From Candidatus Cloacimonadota bacterium (lineage in GTDB: Bacteria; Cloacimonadota; Cloacimonadia; JGIOTU-2), in NCBI GenBank assembly GCA_049903315.1, contig JBNGBT010000004.1, positions 64,001-128,000 of the forward strand: 64,000 nucleotides of DNA. The letters run 5' to 3'. The notes beneath the pieces were generated by a model, which was given only the letters and a program-made list of their open reading frames with translations, did no database searches and was not told the DNA's origin. This document shows positions 9,626-19,118 of the stretch, piece after piece. Position 1 is the stretch's first letter, and each line of letters begins with the position of its first letter. The translations under genes were made by a program, and so were the position numbers.

Positions 9626-11557
9626 CTAATCAATTGTACTGATCGTTTTATTTTGAATTTCTTGAGTAACTGTGGAAACGAAATCTTTGAGATCCATCGC
9701 TCCAAGATCGCCAGTGAGATGCTTTCTTACTGAGATATTCTGATGTTCAACTTCTTTATTACCAACAATGATCATGTACGGGATTTTCTGCTTTTCTGCT
9801 TCACGGATCTTGTAACCGATTTTTTCGTTCTGTATATCGATTTCAGCACGGATATCAGCATTTCTCAACGCTTGCAAAATACCTTTTGCATATTCAGTTT
9901 GATGCTCACTGATGGGTATGACCTGAACCTGTACCGGAGCTAACCACACTGGGAAGTTGCCCATATATTGCTCGATAAGAACACCATAGAAACGCTCAAG
10001 AGAACCAAGCAGTGCGCGGTGTATCATATAGGGACGGTGAGCTTCATTATCCTCGCCTATATAAGTCATATCGAAGCGCTCGGGAAGATTGAAGTCGAAC
10101 TGAATGGTTGTACACTGCCATGAACGGTCAAGTGCATCTTTGATCTTGATGTCTATTTTAGGTCCGTAGAATACACCTTCTCCGGGATCGACTTTATAGT
10201 CCAGTCCGGAAATTTCGAGAGCTTCCTTTAAGGATTCTGTTGCTCTTTCCCAGTCAATGTTTTCTCCGACATATTTATCCGGTTTAGTGGAGAGGAAAAT
10301 ATCATACCTGTCGAAACCGAAGGATTTAAGGAAGAAAAGTGAGAAATCAAGCAGTTTTACTACTTCGCTCACAAGCTGATCCGGAGTACACATAATATGC
10401 GCATCATCCTGAGTGAAACCGCGAACTCTCATCAAGCCATGCAGAGCACCGGATCGTTCATAACGGTACACAGTACCGAGTTCTGCGGATTTGTAGGGTA
10501 ACTCACGGTAACTGCGCAACTTGGATTTATATACCATAATATGAAAAGGACAGTTCATCGGTTTGATATAATAATCGATCTCATCGATCTTCATTGGTGC
10601 ATACATACTGTCCTTATAAAAATCAAGGTGTCCGCTGGTCTCCCATAGGATGGATTTTCCAATGTGGGGAGTGTAGATTATCTGGTAACCGGCTTTGTAA
10701 TGTTCCTTTTTCCAGAAATCTTCAATCACATCCCGCATGACACCACCCTTTGGATGCCAATGCACCAGTCCAGCACCGACATCTTCATAAAAGCCGAACA
10801 GATCGAGTTCTTTTCCGATCTTTCGATGGTCTCTTTTCTCTGCTTCTTCCAGTTTTTGAAGGTAGTCATCAAGCTCTTTCTGGGTAGGGAAGGAGATGCC
10901 GTATATGCGCTGCAGCATCTTGTTCTTTTCATCTCCACGCCAATAAGCACCGGAGAATTTAAGAAGTTTAAAATATTTCACTTTATTTGTGGACTGCAAA
11001 TGCGGTCCACGGCAGAGGTCAACAAAATCACCAAGCACGTAAATTGTGATGGTTTCATCTTCTGGCAGTTCTTTGATGAGTTCTATTTTGTAGTCCTCAC
11101 CAAGACTCTTGAAGAGTTCAAGAGCTTCTTTGCGGCTTACGACTTTTCTTTCAAAAAAGAAATTTTCGTCAACGATGCGCTGCATTTCTTCCTCAATTAA
11201 ATGCAAGTCCTCTTCTGTGAAGGGAGTTTCTTTATCAAAATCATAGTAAAAGCCCTGCTCGATAGATGGCCCTATCGCAACTTTCACGTCCGGGAAAAGC
11301 CGTTTCACTGCCTGTGCCATAATATGCGAACTACTGTGCCAGTATACATCTTTTCCTTTTTCATCGGAGAATTTATAGAAGAGAATGGACCCGTCTTCTT
11401 CGAGAGGCCTGGTCATATCTACCGCAGCATCATTGAATTGCGCACAGAGCACTTCTTTTGCCAATCCTTTGCTTATTCCTTGAGTGATCTCAAGGGGAGT
11501 AATGCCTTTTGGAAATTCTTTTTGGGAACCGTCCGGGAATAAAATTTTTATATTCAT
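9626..11557 (-). CDS. thrS: Threonine--tRNA ligase
   Basis: TGS domain, DLCRGPH, RDHRKIG, KPMNCP, RVRGFTQDDAH, FYGPKID, HRALLGSLERF. Confidence 0.98.
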   Translation of the reverse strand: MNIKILFPDGSQKEFPKGITPLEITQGISKGLAKEVLCAQFNDAAVDMTRPLEEDGSILFYKFSDEKGKDVYWHSSSHIMAQAVKRLFPDVKVAIGPSIEQGFYYDFDKETPFTEEDLHLIEEEMQRIVDENFFFERKVVSRKEALELFKSLGEDYKIELIKELPEDETITIYVLGDFVDLCRGPHLQSTNKVKYFKLLKFSGAYWRGDEKNKMLQRIYGISFPTQKELDDYLQKLEEAEKRDHRKIGKELDLFGFYEDVGAGLVHWHPKGGVMRDVIEDFWKKEHYKAGYQIIYTPHIGKSILWETSGHLDFYKDSMYAPMKIDEIDYYIKPMNCPFHIMVYKSKLRSYRELPYKSAELGTVYRYERSGALHGLMRVRGFTQDDAHIMCTPDQLVSEVVKLLDFSLFFLKSFGFDRYDIFLSTKPDKYVGENIDWERATESLKEALEISGLDYKVDPGEGVFYGPKIDIKIKDALDRSWQCTTIQFDFNLPERFDMTYIGEDNEAHRPYMIHRALLGSLERFYGVLIEQYMGNFPVWLAPVQVQVIPISEHQTEYAKGILQALRNADIRAEIDIQNEKIGYKIREAEKQKIPYMIIVGNKEVEHQNISVRKHLTGDLGAMDLKDFVSTVTQEIQNKTISTID

Positions 11558-11651
11558 GAGAAATCCTTATATATAATTATATTTTGAACTTGTAAAATGT
11601 CCAATCGCTTAAAATGCAGTCAAGAAAATCAGACCGCAAGAGCTGTTATTA

Positions 11652-12602
11652 CTATTCCGTGTAATACTCCCGATTGGTCAGATAATGATAATCCGTCCAT
11701 GTTGATTTTTCATCAGAAGCTTTGTCGATTAAATCTGCTGCACCTGTGACCTGGGCATCGAGATTGTCTGCATGATGGAGGATGAGTGCTTCTTTTGTTT
11801 TGGGAGGAACTGCTGCTCCAAATTCTCTTTCTCCATGATGACTAAGAAGAAGGTGTTCGATCTTCATGAGGAGGTCCTTAGGAAAATTATTGATCTCTTC
11901 GCATGTATCAACGACTATTTTATTACCGATAACAACGTGTCCCACCAGGCGTCCCTCATCAGTGAACTCGATAAATGGTGCGAGAGTATATTCCTTTATT
12001 TTACCAATATCGTGCAAGAGAGCACAAGCCACAAGAAGGTCTCTATCGATTCCCTGATACATCGTGCTAACCGCATCACAGATGGAAGTAACAGTTACAG
12101 AATGATGAAGAAGTCCTCCAACGACATTATGGTGCCAGTTCTTTGCAGCGGGTGATTTTGAGAATTTTTCCAGCAATTCTTTGTCATCAAATATAAGATG
12201 GAGAAGTTGGGATAAATACTCATTCTTAATCGAATCGATGAAACCAAAAAGTTTTTCTAAAAGTTTATCGGTATCTTTTGTGGTTGTCGGGGCAAAATCA
12301 GAAATTTGATATTCGTTTTCTTCTGCTTTACGTATGTTGCTTATGGAGAGCTGCATATTGTTTTCAAAAGTCGTGACAAGCGCTTTCAGTTTCACAATAT
12401 CTCCCACGCTGAATGAATCTTGCAGTTTTGGCACATTATCCCAGATAAATCCTGTCACCTGTCCAGTTCTGTCCACGCACAACAAACGTATGAAGAATTT
12501 TCCATTTCTGCTTTTTCTCACAGATTTTTCGCTGATCGCAAAAAAATCAGTTATTTCACTGCCCTCTAAAGGGCTTAGATCCTGTACAAATATTTCTTTC
12601 AT
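11652..12602 (-). CDS. yhaM: YhaM/Cbf1-family 3'-5' exoribonuclease (OB fold + HD)
   Basis: N-terminal OB fold (DRTG), PAAKNWHH..GGLLHH, LLHDIGK, SHHG, HHADNLDA. Confidence 0.8.
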   Translation of the reverse strand: MKEIFVQDLSPLEGSEITDFFAISEKSVRKSRNGKFFIRLLCVDRTGQVTGFIWDNVPKLQDSFSVGDIVKLKALVTTFENNMQLSISNIRKAEENEYQISDFAPTTTKDTDKLLEKLFGFIDSIKNEYLSQLLHLIFDDKELLEKFSKSPAAKNWHHNVVGGLLHHSVTVTSICDAVSTMYQGIDRDLLVACALLHDIGKIKEYTLAPFIEFTDEGRLVGHVVIGNKIVVDTCEEINNFPKDLLMKIEHLLLSHHGEREFGAAVPPKTKEALILHHADNLDAQVTGAADLIDKASDEKSTWTDYHYLTNREYYTE

Positions 12603-13281
12603 AAAACTCCTTCAAACAATATTTAAACATTATAAGTACAAAACCACGAAAAGGGCAAACGAATTTTTATGTCAAAGCAAAAATTTTATCACCTGTTTTG
12701 AGAGTGTGATTTTGTTTAAGATACTTTCCTATATCCTTCGTACAAAGGAAGGATTTGCTGCTGTTTTTACATTATGGATTTTCCCTTTTCCTGAATAGGA
12801 GAAGATGTAGGGATGAGGTTTGATACTACATATATCGGCTAGTAAATATCCAGACTTTGTGTCTGTAAAAGATGTCAATGAAAAACATTTATCTATCCTC
12901 AGGGCTGTTTAATCTTATGTGTTATATATGGAGCGAGCTTTGTTGAGAGATGAAGTTCGTTTATGAGTAATAGTGTGCACGTCATGTTTTCAGTGTATTG
13001 CAATAAAATCCAATAATTTTGACAAATGTATAGTATTATTTTTCAATTTTGACAAATAAAAATTTGGAAGTTGCCATGAAAATACTCTCAATGCTGGTAA
13101 ACCTTGCATCCTTTTCTCACTTATATCGAGATGTAATCAGTGTACAATGCGCAAACTAACCTTACCCCATGATTTTATTTCATTCGATACTTTAATGTAT
13201 TTGATATGAAAATCTTTTAATTTCTTTAATAAGGAAAAGCTATTCATTTAAGAAAAAGAAAAAAATCAATGGAGTTTACAA

Positions 13282-13608
13282 ATGAAACGATGGATTGTAT
13301 TGATTATAATAATGTTACCTTTCTGGCTTTTGAATGCAAAGACCGTCAATGGTGTCTATGAAACCGATTTCAATAAGATGACCCTGCACCAGGAGGGCAA
13401 TCAGGTGACTGGCACCTATGAACATGATAACGGCAGAATTGAGGGGACTTTGACGGGTCGAATTCTTCGAGGTTGGTGGTATCAGACCCAAAGCGAAGGG
13501 CGGTTAGAGTTTGAATTTAATACCGATTTTACAGAATTTACAGGTAAATGGGGTTATAATGAAGATGAACCAAGCTCTGAATGGAATGGGAAAAAGATCA
13601 ATCCCTAA
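13282..13608 (+). CDS. Small secreted beta-rich protein of unknown function
   Basis: GGAG RBS, signal peptide, repeated G.Y/G.W beta-strand motifs. Confidence 0.7.
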   Translation: MKRWIVLIIIMLPFWLLNAKTVNGVYETDFNKMTLHQEGNQVTGTYEHDNGRIEGTLTGRILRGWWYQTQSEGRLEFEFNTDFTEFTGKWGYNEDEPSSEWNGKKINP

Positions 13609-13708
13609 GCCCTGCAAGTACTATATTCTTGAGAATTCGTTAACATGAAGGTGTTTTAGTTTCTGTATCCCGGAAACGTGTATCTGAAAAAGATCTAAAT
13701 CAAATATT

Positions 13709-14776
13709 TTATGTCACATACATGGGATTCGAGAAAAGCCATCCTTTTAGCCCAATAAATACCTCAATACGATAAAAACCCTTCTCTTTGATTGGATAGG
13801 ATATCTTATTTCGATATTCAGTGTGTTTGGTTTTTCCATTATGTATGATCTTCACATGACAGTCCTGCTGGAGATAGACAAATAAACATAGATCTTTTTC
13901 GTTTATTGAAATCTCTTCGCCGGGCAAAGCAAATTTCTCTGATGCTTTCGATTCTATCCCACAGTAAAAAATGTAGGGATCTGCATGGGTATAATTAACA
14001 ATGTACGAATTACCTTTTTTCAAACATGTAAGTATATCTTGAGCTGCATTAACAGAAGAGAGAGGTTTCCTTGTCTGGATATTCGTCCTTATTGTCCCGA
14101 ATAATTTTCGGTGTGGAAGAAAGCTTATGGAAAGCGGACCAGCAGAGTACTTGTTTTCATGAGAATCAACACTGCCGATACCAGCTATTTTCATCCCCTT
14201 ATTATTCAGCTCATCCCATTTTTTCAGAACCTGTTTCTTGGGCTTAATGATCGAACTGTTAGGGAAAAGTATTTTTGGTATCACGTTCAGTGGAATTCGT
14301 AATTTGTCCGTCCATTCAGAGATATAATTCCAAATCTCGATCCCGTCAAATTCCTCAACATTCCATGATGTCCAATTATAGGTGCGCAAAGTTCTTTTTG
14401 ATCGTCTTTTCTCATAAGGATGAGCAATAAATCCGGTACCGCCGGCTTTCCTGGTTTGTTTCACGTATTCTTCAGCTTTCATAGATAAAGGGAAAACCTC
14501 GTCAACATTGAAAATAAGATAATGATTATTTTTCTTGGCATCATTCATCTCATAGCCGATAAGAAGTTTTACATCTGTTTGCCTGAGTGCGGGAATTTTT
14601 TTTTTTATGTCAAGAGATCGGTGGTCTGTAATGCACACAAAATCCACGTTAAGTTTTTCTGCGATATCAACGATCTCTTCGAGACTTCCATGTCCATCAA
14701 AGGAATGTTCCGTATGAACATGAATAACGCCGGAGTATTCAAATATCTCTTTTCCGAAAACTGATTTTTTGATCAT
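13709..14776 (-). CDS. PHP-domain metallohydrolase (CehA/McbA-like)
   Basis: HVHTEHSFDG, ITDH, AHP, GIEIWN, GSVDSH, C-terminal FSNP. Confidence 0.82.
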   Translation of the reverse strand: MIKKSVFGKEIFEYSGVIHVHTEHSFDGHGSLEEIVDIAEKLNVDFVCITDHRSLDIKKKIPALRQTDVKLLIGYEMNDAKKNNHYLIFNVDEVFPLSMKAEEYVKQTRKAGGTGFIAHPYEKRRSKRTLRTYNWTSWNVEEFDGIEIWNYISEWTDKLRIPLNVIPKILFPNSSIIKPKKQVLKKWDELNNKGMKIAGIGSVDSHENKYSAGPLSISFLPHRKLFGTIRTNIQTRKPLSSVNAAQDILTCLKKGNSYIVNYTHADPYIFYCGIESKASEKFALPGEEISINEKDLCLFVYLQQDCHVKIIHNGKTKHTEYRNKISYPIKEKGFYRIEVFIGLKGWLFSNPMYVT

Positions 14777-14923
14777 ATAAAATCCTGAAGGAAACCCATT
14801 CGAGTGAATGATGTTGTCAATAATTATATGTCATATTATATATATATAAATATTTGTTCCTAAAAAAATTGACTTATTTTTTCCCCAAAATAAATTTTCT
14901 GGCATCAATTTTTGGAGGTTGCC

Positions 14924-16903
14924 ATGAAGAAGATAATATTTCTGGTGATCGTTACGATTTTTTTATTTTTTACTGCATGTGACAATATAACAGATACTCC
15001 CAATCAGAATGACCAGATAGATGTTAATACTATTGAGGTACCTGAAGAATTTAATTATGAAACCTGCATTGATATCAATGTGAATCTACTTGTTACATCC
15101 CCAGACGAAGAACCTGTTCAGGGTATTGATTTTAAGATCTATGATGCACATCCTGATGCAGGTGGACGTTTAATAGCAAAAGGTATGACACAGGATGATG
15201 GGAGATATGAAACACGTCTTATCGTTCCTGAAGGATGTACTGAGCTTGCAGTTGTGATTCCAACAGATACTCGAATGATCCCAATCGTTAATGGTGAACT
15301 CAGCTTTCAGTATGGGGATTATACAAAACTCGAATCTCCATTCCTCGATCCTAAAGGTTACAATCCCCAGACAAAATTAACTAATTATTGTTTGAGTTTT
15401 GATGGTTTTAATGATCTTGTCAATCTTGGGGATATCTCGGCATTAAATAATACTTCTGCATTTACTATAGAAGGATGGGCAAACCAAGCCAGTAATACAG
15501 ATAGTGAATTACTTATGTTCAAATGGATAGATGTGGATAACGACATCGAGCTCTCTACCAGTGCTGGTGTAATGTTTATTCAGGTTGGTAATGGCTCTAA
15601 CTCATATGGAAGTTGGGCAAACTATTCTACCACTATTGCATCTGGAACCTGGTTTCACTGGGCAGTTGTTTTTGACGGTAGTGGTGGGACGAATGCAGAT
15701 AGACTAAAACTGTACATTAATGGTAACACAACGCCTATAACATTATCTTTTACAGGTACAATTCCAGCGACGACTGCCAATCTTTCCGGGCACGATGCCA
15801 TTATATCTGGAACTACTTCGTCGTTTGGTGGGTATATGGATGAAGTACGTATCTGGTCAACCGCAAGGACTGGAGCGCAGATTGGAACTTATTATAATAG
15901 GCTGAGCGACCCTTCATCTGCGAATCTTGCTGCTTACTGGAGAATGGATGAAGGATCGGGCACGACGCTATATGACGAGACTTCCAATGATTATGATGCG
16001 ACTATAAATGGCTGTTCGTGGGCACTTTATGTCAACGGCTGGGATAGTGATTGTGATGGAGTGACTGATCTGAATGATGATTATCCAATGGATGATGAAA
16101 GAGCATACGATAACTACTTCCCTGCACAGAATACATTCTATACACTTGCTTTTGAGGACAAATGGCCTCGGAAAAATGATTATGATTTCAACGATATTCT
16201 AGTGCATTGGAACTATACTCAGGTAACCAATGCAAGCAATGAACTGGTTGATATTCACGGATCCTTTAAACTAATGGCTGTAGGTGCGGGTTATCATGAT
16301 GGTTTTGGAGTTCAGTTCCCCTTTGTTACAGGAAATTACTATGCGTTCAATAATCACGGAGATGCGCACCAGTATGTTGATAACGGCACCACCAATGCAG
16401 TGGTCATTCTTTTTCAGGATGCATTCAACCTAATGCAGGAAGCACCAGGGGATCCATCAACATGGATCAATACTGTTGAAAGTGAATCGTACATAACGCC
16501 AGCAGAATTCGAATTTACATATACACTTGGCACACCGATCGCAACAGCAAGTCTGACACGAACACCTCCTTATAATCCATTCATTTATGTAAATGATGAC
16601 CGGCTTCTGGAAATCCATCTTCCTGACTATGAACCAACTTCAAAGATGGCTGCTACTCCTCACTGGGGAACATACGATGATGACTCCAATCCTGGAACAG
16701 ACCGTTACTTTAAGACGTCAAACAACTTGCCGTGGGTTATTAATGTAGCTGATGAATGGGAATACCCAATTGAGAAAAGTCAGATCACCTGGGCATACTT
16801 GTATTTTGCAGACTGGGCAGAAAGCGGAGGTGCCTTGCATACTGATTGGTACGATAGCTCTATTCCTGCAAACATTGATGCGAATCATATCTATTCACCG
16901 TAA
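14924..16903 (+). CDS. LruC/DUF4842-domain lipoprotein with central LamG-like domain
   Basis: GGAGG RBS; lipobox FTAC; LamG-like FTIEGW..WFHWAVV..MDEVRIWS..AYWRMDEG; C-terminal TLAFEDKWP..DYDFND..YNPFI..EIHLPD..NLPW. Confidence 0.82.
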   Translation: MKKIIFLVIVTIFLFFTACDNITDTPNQNDQIDVNTIEVPEEFNYETCIDINVNLLVTSPDEEPVQGIDFKIYDAHPDAGGRLIAKGMTQDDGRYETRLIVPEGCTELAVVIPTDTRMIPIVNGELSFQYGDYTKLESPFLDPKGYNPQTKLTNYCLSFDGFNDLVNLGDISALNNTSAFTIEGWANQASNTDSELLMFKWIDVDNDIELSTSAGVMFIQVGNGSNSYGSWANYSTTIASGTWFHWAVVFDGSGGTNADRLKLYINGNTTPITLSFTGTIPATTANLSGHDAIISGTTSSFGGYMDEVRIWSTARTGAQIGTYYNRLSDPSSANLAAYWRMDEGSGTTLYDETSNDYDATINGCSWALYVNGWDSDCDGVTDLNDDYPMDDERAYDNYFPAQNTFYTLAFEDKWPRKNDYDFNDILVHWNYTQVTNASNELVDIHGSFKLMAVGAGYHDGFGVQFPFVTGNYYAFNNHGDAHQYVDNGTTNAVVILFQDAFNLMQEAPGDPSTWINTVESESYITPAEFEFTYTLGTPIATASLTRTPPYNPFIYVNDDRLLEIHLPDYEPTSKMAATPHWGTYDDDSNPGTDRYFKTSNNLPWVINVADEWEYPIEKSQITWAYLYFADWAESGGALHTDWYDSSIPANIDANHIYSP

Positions 16904-16934
16904 TAAATTAATTAATTTCTCTCTAATATGTAAT

Positions 16935-16963
16935 AAGCCAGGCACATTGTCTGGCTTTTTTTT
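16935..16963 (+). terminator. Rho-independent terminator (copy 1)
   Basis: aagccagg-cacattg-tctggctt hairpin plus T8. Confidence 0.85.
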
Positions 16964-17044
16964 ATTATAACAAACTATTTAAAACATTGACGTCAATATC
17001 GCTTGTTATTACTTTATACTTATCAAAATTCATTTGGGGGACAG

Positions 17045-19021
17045 ATGAAAAAAATTTTTGTTATAGTGATTGCAGCAACGATGCTGTTTTGGGCAGGTTG
17101 TGATTTAGCCACGAATAATAATACTAATAATGATCCTGTTAATATTAATGATATTGAAGTTCCTTATGACTTTGCATATAATACATCACAATCTATTGAT
17201 GTAAACCTCATTGTGAAAACGCCTTCAGATGATCCTGTACAGGGAATCGTCTTCAAAGTCTATCAGTGCCATCCGGATAATGGCGGACATTTGATAGCCA
17301 AAGGTATTACACAAGCAGACGGAGTGTATTCCACGTCTCTGATCGTTGCAGAAGGATGTGACTCCTTAACTGTGATTGGGTATATGAACACACTTACTTT
17401 ACCGATAGTAAATAGTGAAGTAACGTTTGAATATGGAAACTTTCCTTATGGAGAAAAGGGATCCGCAGATGACATAAAAGGTGACTCAAAAGCGTGGTCA
17501 TATCTTCCCGGAATCAGCTACAATGCGATGGGGACACCCTCTCCAATTCTTAACAGACCCGTTGATGCAGGACTTCTTTCCAGAATAAATGCAGCCCTAC
17601 CGGAATATACTAATGCCACAACAGCACACCCGGAATACTTTGCTTCAGATGTATCTCCACATATTTTACTTGAAGAAGATGCAGATGTTTTTATGACATT
17701 CGTTCATGAAGGTGCAGGATACAAGAATAGTCTAGGATTCTTTGATTTCCCCAGTCTGGCATCTCTTCCGGTTGATCCAACTTCATTAACTAGGACGATC
17801 GTTTTTCCCAATCTATCTTTCCCTTCTTCTGGCGAATTACAAACTGATGATGCCTTGCAATTAGGAAGTTATACAGCGGGAAGCTATATTGGTACTTTCC
17901 TTGTAAGTAATGGATGGATTTCTGGTAGCACTGTTAGTGAAACACAAACTGTATTATATTCTCCTAAAAAATATGAACGTGCTGCTGGCGCACAGGTAGT
18001 TGCTTTATATGACGGAATTTCCGGGAAAATTGTTGTGAGTTATGAAGATATTCCCAGACCAGGTGGAGATATGGATTTCAATGATGCCATCTTCCTACTA
18101 GAAACGAATCCACCGGACCTGTTCAATACAGATAGTCTTTATCATCTGAGTGAACCGATTGATGATGATGGAGATGGCGTACCAGATGATGAAGACGATT
18201 ATCCTGATGATGGAGATAGAGCTTTCAATAATTACTATCCTGCAGAAGACGTGTACGGAACCCTTGCATTTGAAGATAACTGGCCCAGCAAAGGAGATTA
18301 TGATTTCAATGATATCGTGATCGATTACAATTTTAATCAGGTGACAAATGCAAGCAATGAGCTGGTAGACATTCACGGTTCATTCAAACTTCGTGCAGTG
18401 GGTGCCGGATATCATAATGGATTTGCTGTACAGCTCCCAGTTGGTGCTCCAAACTACTATGCGTTTAATAATTACGGCAATACAACTGTTTATATCGATA
18501 ATGGTAATACAAATGCTGTTGTCGTTCTTTTCCAGGATGCTTTTGACCTTATGCAAGAACCACCTGGAACTCCATCTACATGGATAAATACTGTAGAAAC
18601 TGAGCCCTATGTGACTCCCGCTGAACTCGAATTTACTTATACTTTGGGTGCTCCTCTGGATGTTACAGCACTGACATATCTGCCACCCTATAATCCCTTC
18701 ATCTATGTCAATAATGACAGGCAAAAAGAGATACATCTTCCAGATTATGCGCCGACATCAAAGATGGCGGGTACTCCTTATTGGGGGACAGCGGATGATG
18801 ATTCTCATCCAGCCACAGACAGGTATTTTAAAACTTCCAATAATCTTCCTTGGGCAATTCATATCGCTGAATCATGGGATTATCCGATCGAGAAAATTCA
18901 GATAACCTGGGCTTATTTAAAGTTTGCTGCCTGGGCAGAAAGTGGTGGAACTCAGCATACTAACTGGTACGATATAGCTGTGCCCGGAAATGTGAGTACT
19001 GAAAATATTTATTCCCAATAA
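17045..19021 (+). CDS. LruC/DUF4842-domain lipoprotein with central DUF4114-like domain
   Basis: Lipobox WAGC; FVHEGAGYKNSLGFF..YEDIPRPGGDMDFNDAIF; Asp-rich DDDGDGVPDDEDDYPDD; same LruC C-terminus as the upstream paralog. Confidence 0.82.
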   Translation: MKKIFVIVIAATMLFWAGCDLATNNNTNNDPVNINDIEVPYDFAYNTSQSIDVNLIVKTPSDDPVQGIVFKVYQCHPDNGGHLIAKGITQADGVYSTSLIVAEGCDSLTVIGYMNTLTLPIVNSEVTFEYGNFPYGEKGSADDIKGDSKAWSYLPGISYNAMGTPSPILNRPVDAGLLSRINAALPEYTNATTAHPEYFASDVSPHILLEEDADVFMTFVHEGAGYKNSLGFFDFPSLASLPVDPTSLTRTIVFPNLSFPSSGELQTDDALQLGSYTAGSYIGTFLVSNGWISGSTVSETQTVLYSPKKYERAAGAQVVALYDGISGKIVVSYEDIPRPGGDMDFNDAIFLLETNPPDLFNTDSLYHLSEPIDDDGDGVPDDEDDYPDDGDRAFNNYYPAEDVYGTLAFEDNWPSKGDYDFNDIVIDYNFNQVTNASNELVDIHGSFKLRAVGAGYHNGFAVQLPVGAPNYYAFNNYGNTTVYIDNGNTNAVVVLFQDAFDLMQEPPGTPSTWINTVETEPYVTPAELEFTYTLGAPLDVTALTYLPPYNPFIYVNNDRQKEIHLPDYAPTSKMAGTPYWGTADDDSHPATDRYFKTSNNLPWAIHIAESWDYPIEKIQITWAYLKFAAWAESGGTQHTNWYDIAVPGNVSTENIYSQ

Positions 19022-19043
19022 ATCAACGTTCTATTAGATTTGA

Positions 19044-19070
19044 AAGCCAGGCACATTGTCTGGCTTTTTT
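19044..19070 (+). terminator. Rho-independent terminator (copy 2)
   Basis: aagccaggcacattgtctggctttttt, identical to 16935-16961. Confidence 0.85.
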
Positions 19071-19118
19071 ATTATGAAATTAGTTTGACATTTTTTTTCA
19101 TAGGACTTTGAAATAATT

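Noticed and set aside
14836..14849. Short (TA)n run in the divergent promoter region
   Set aside because: Too short to be distinguished from background in AT-rich intergenic DNA.
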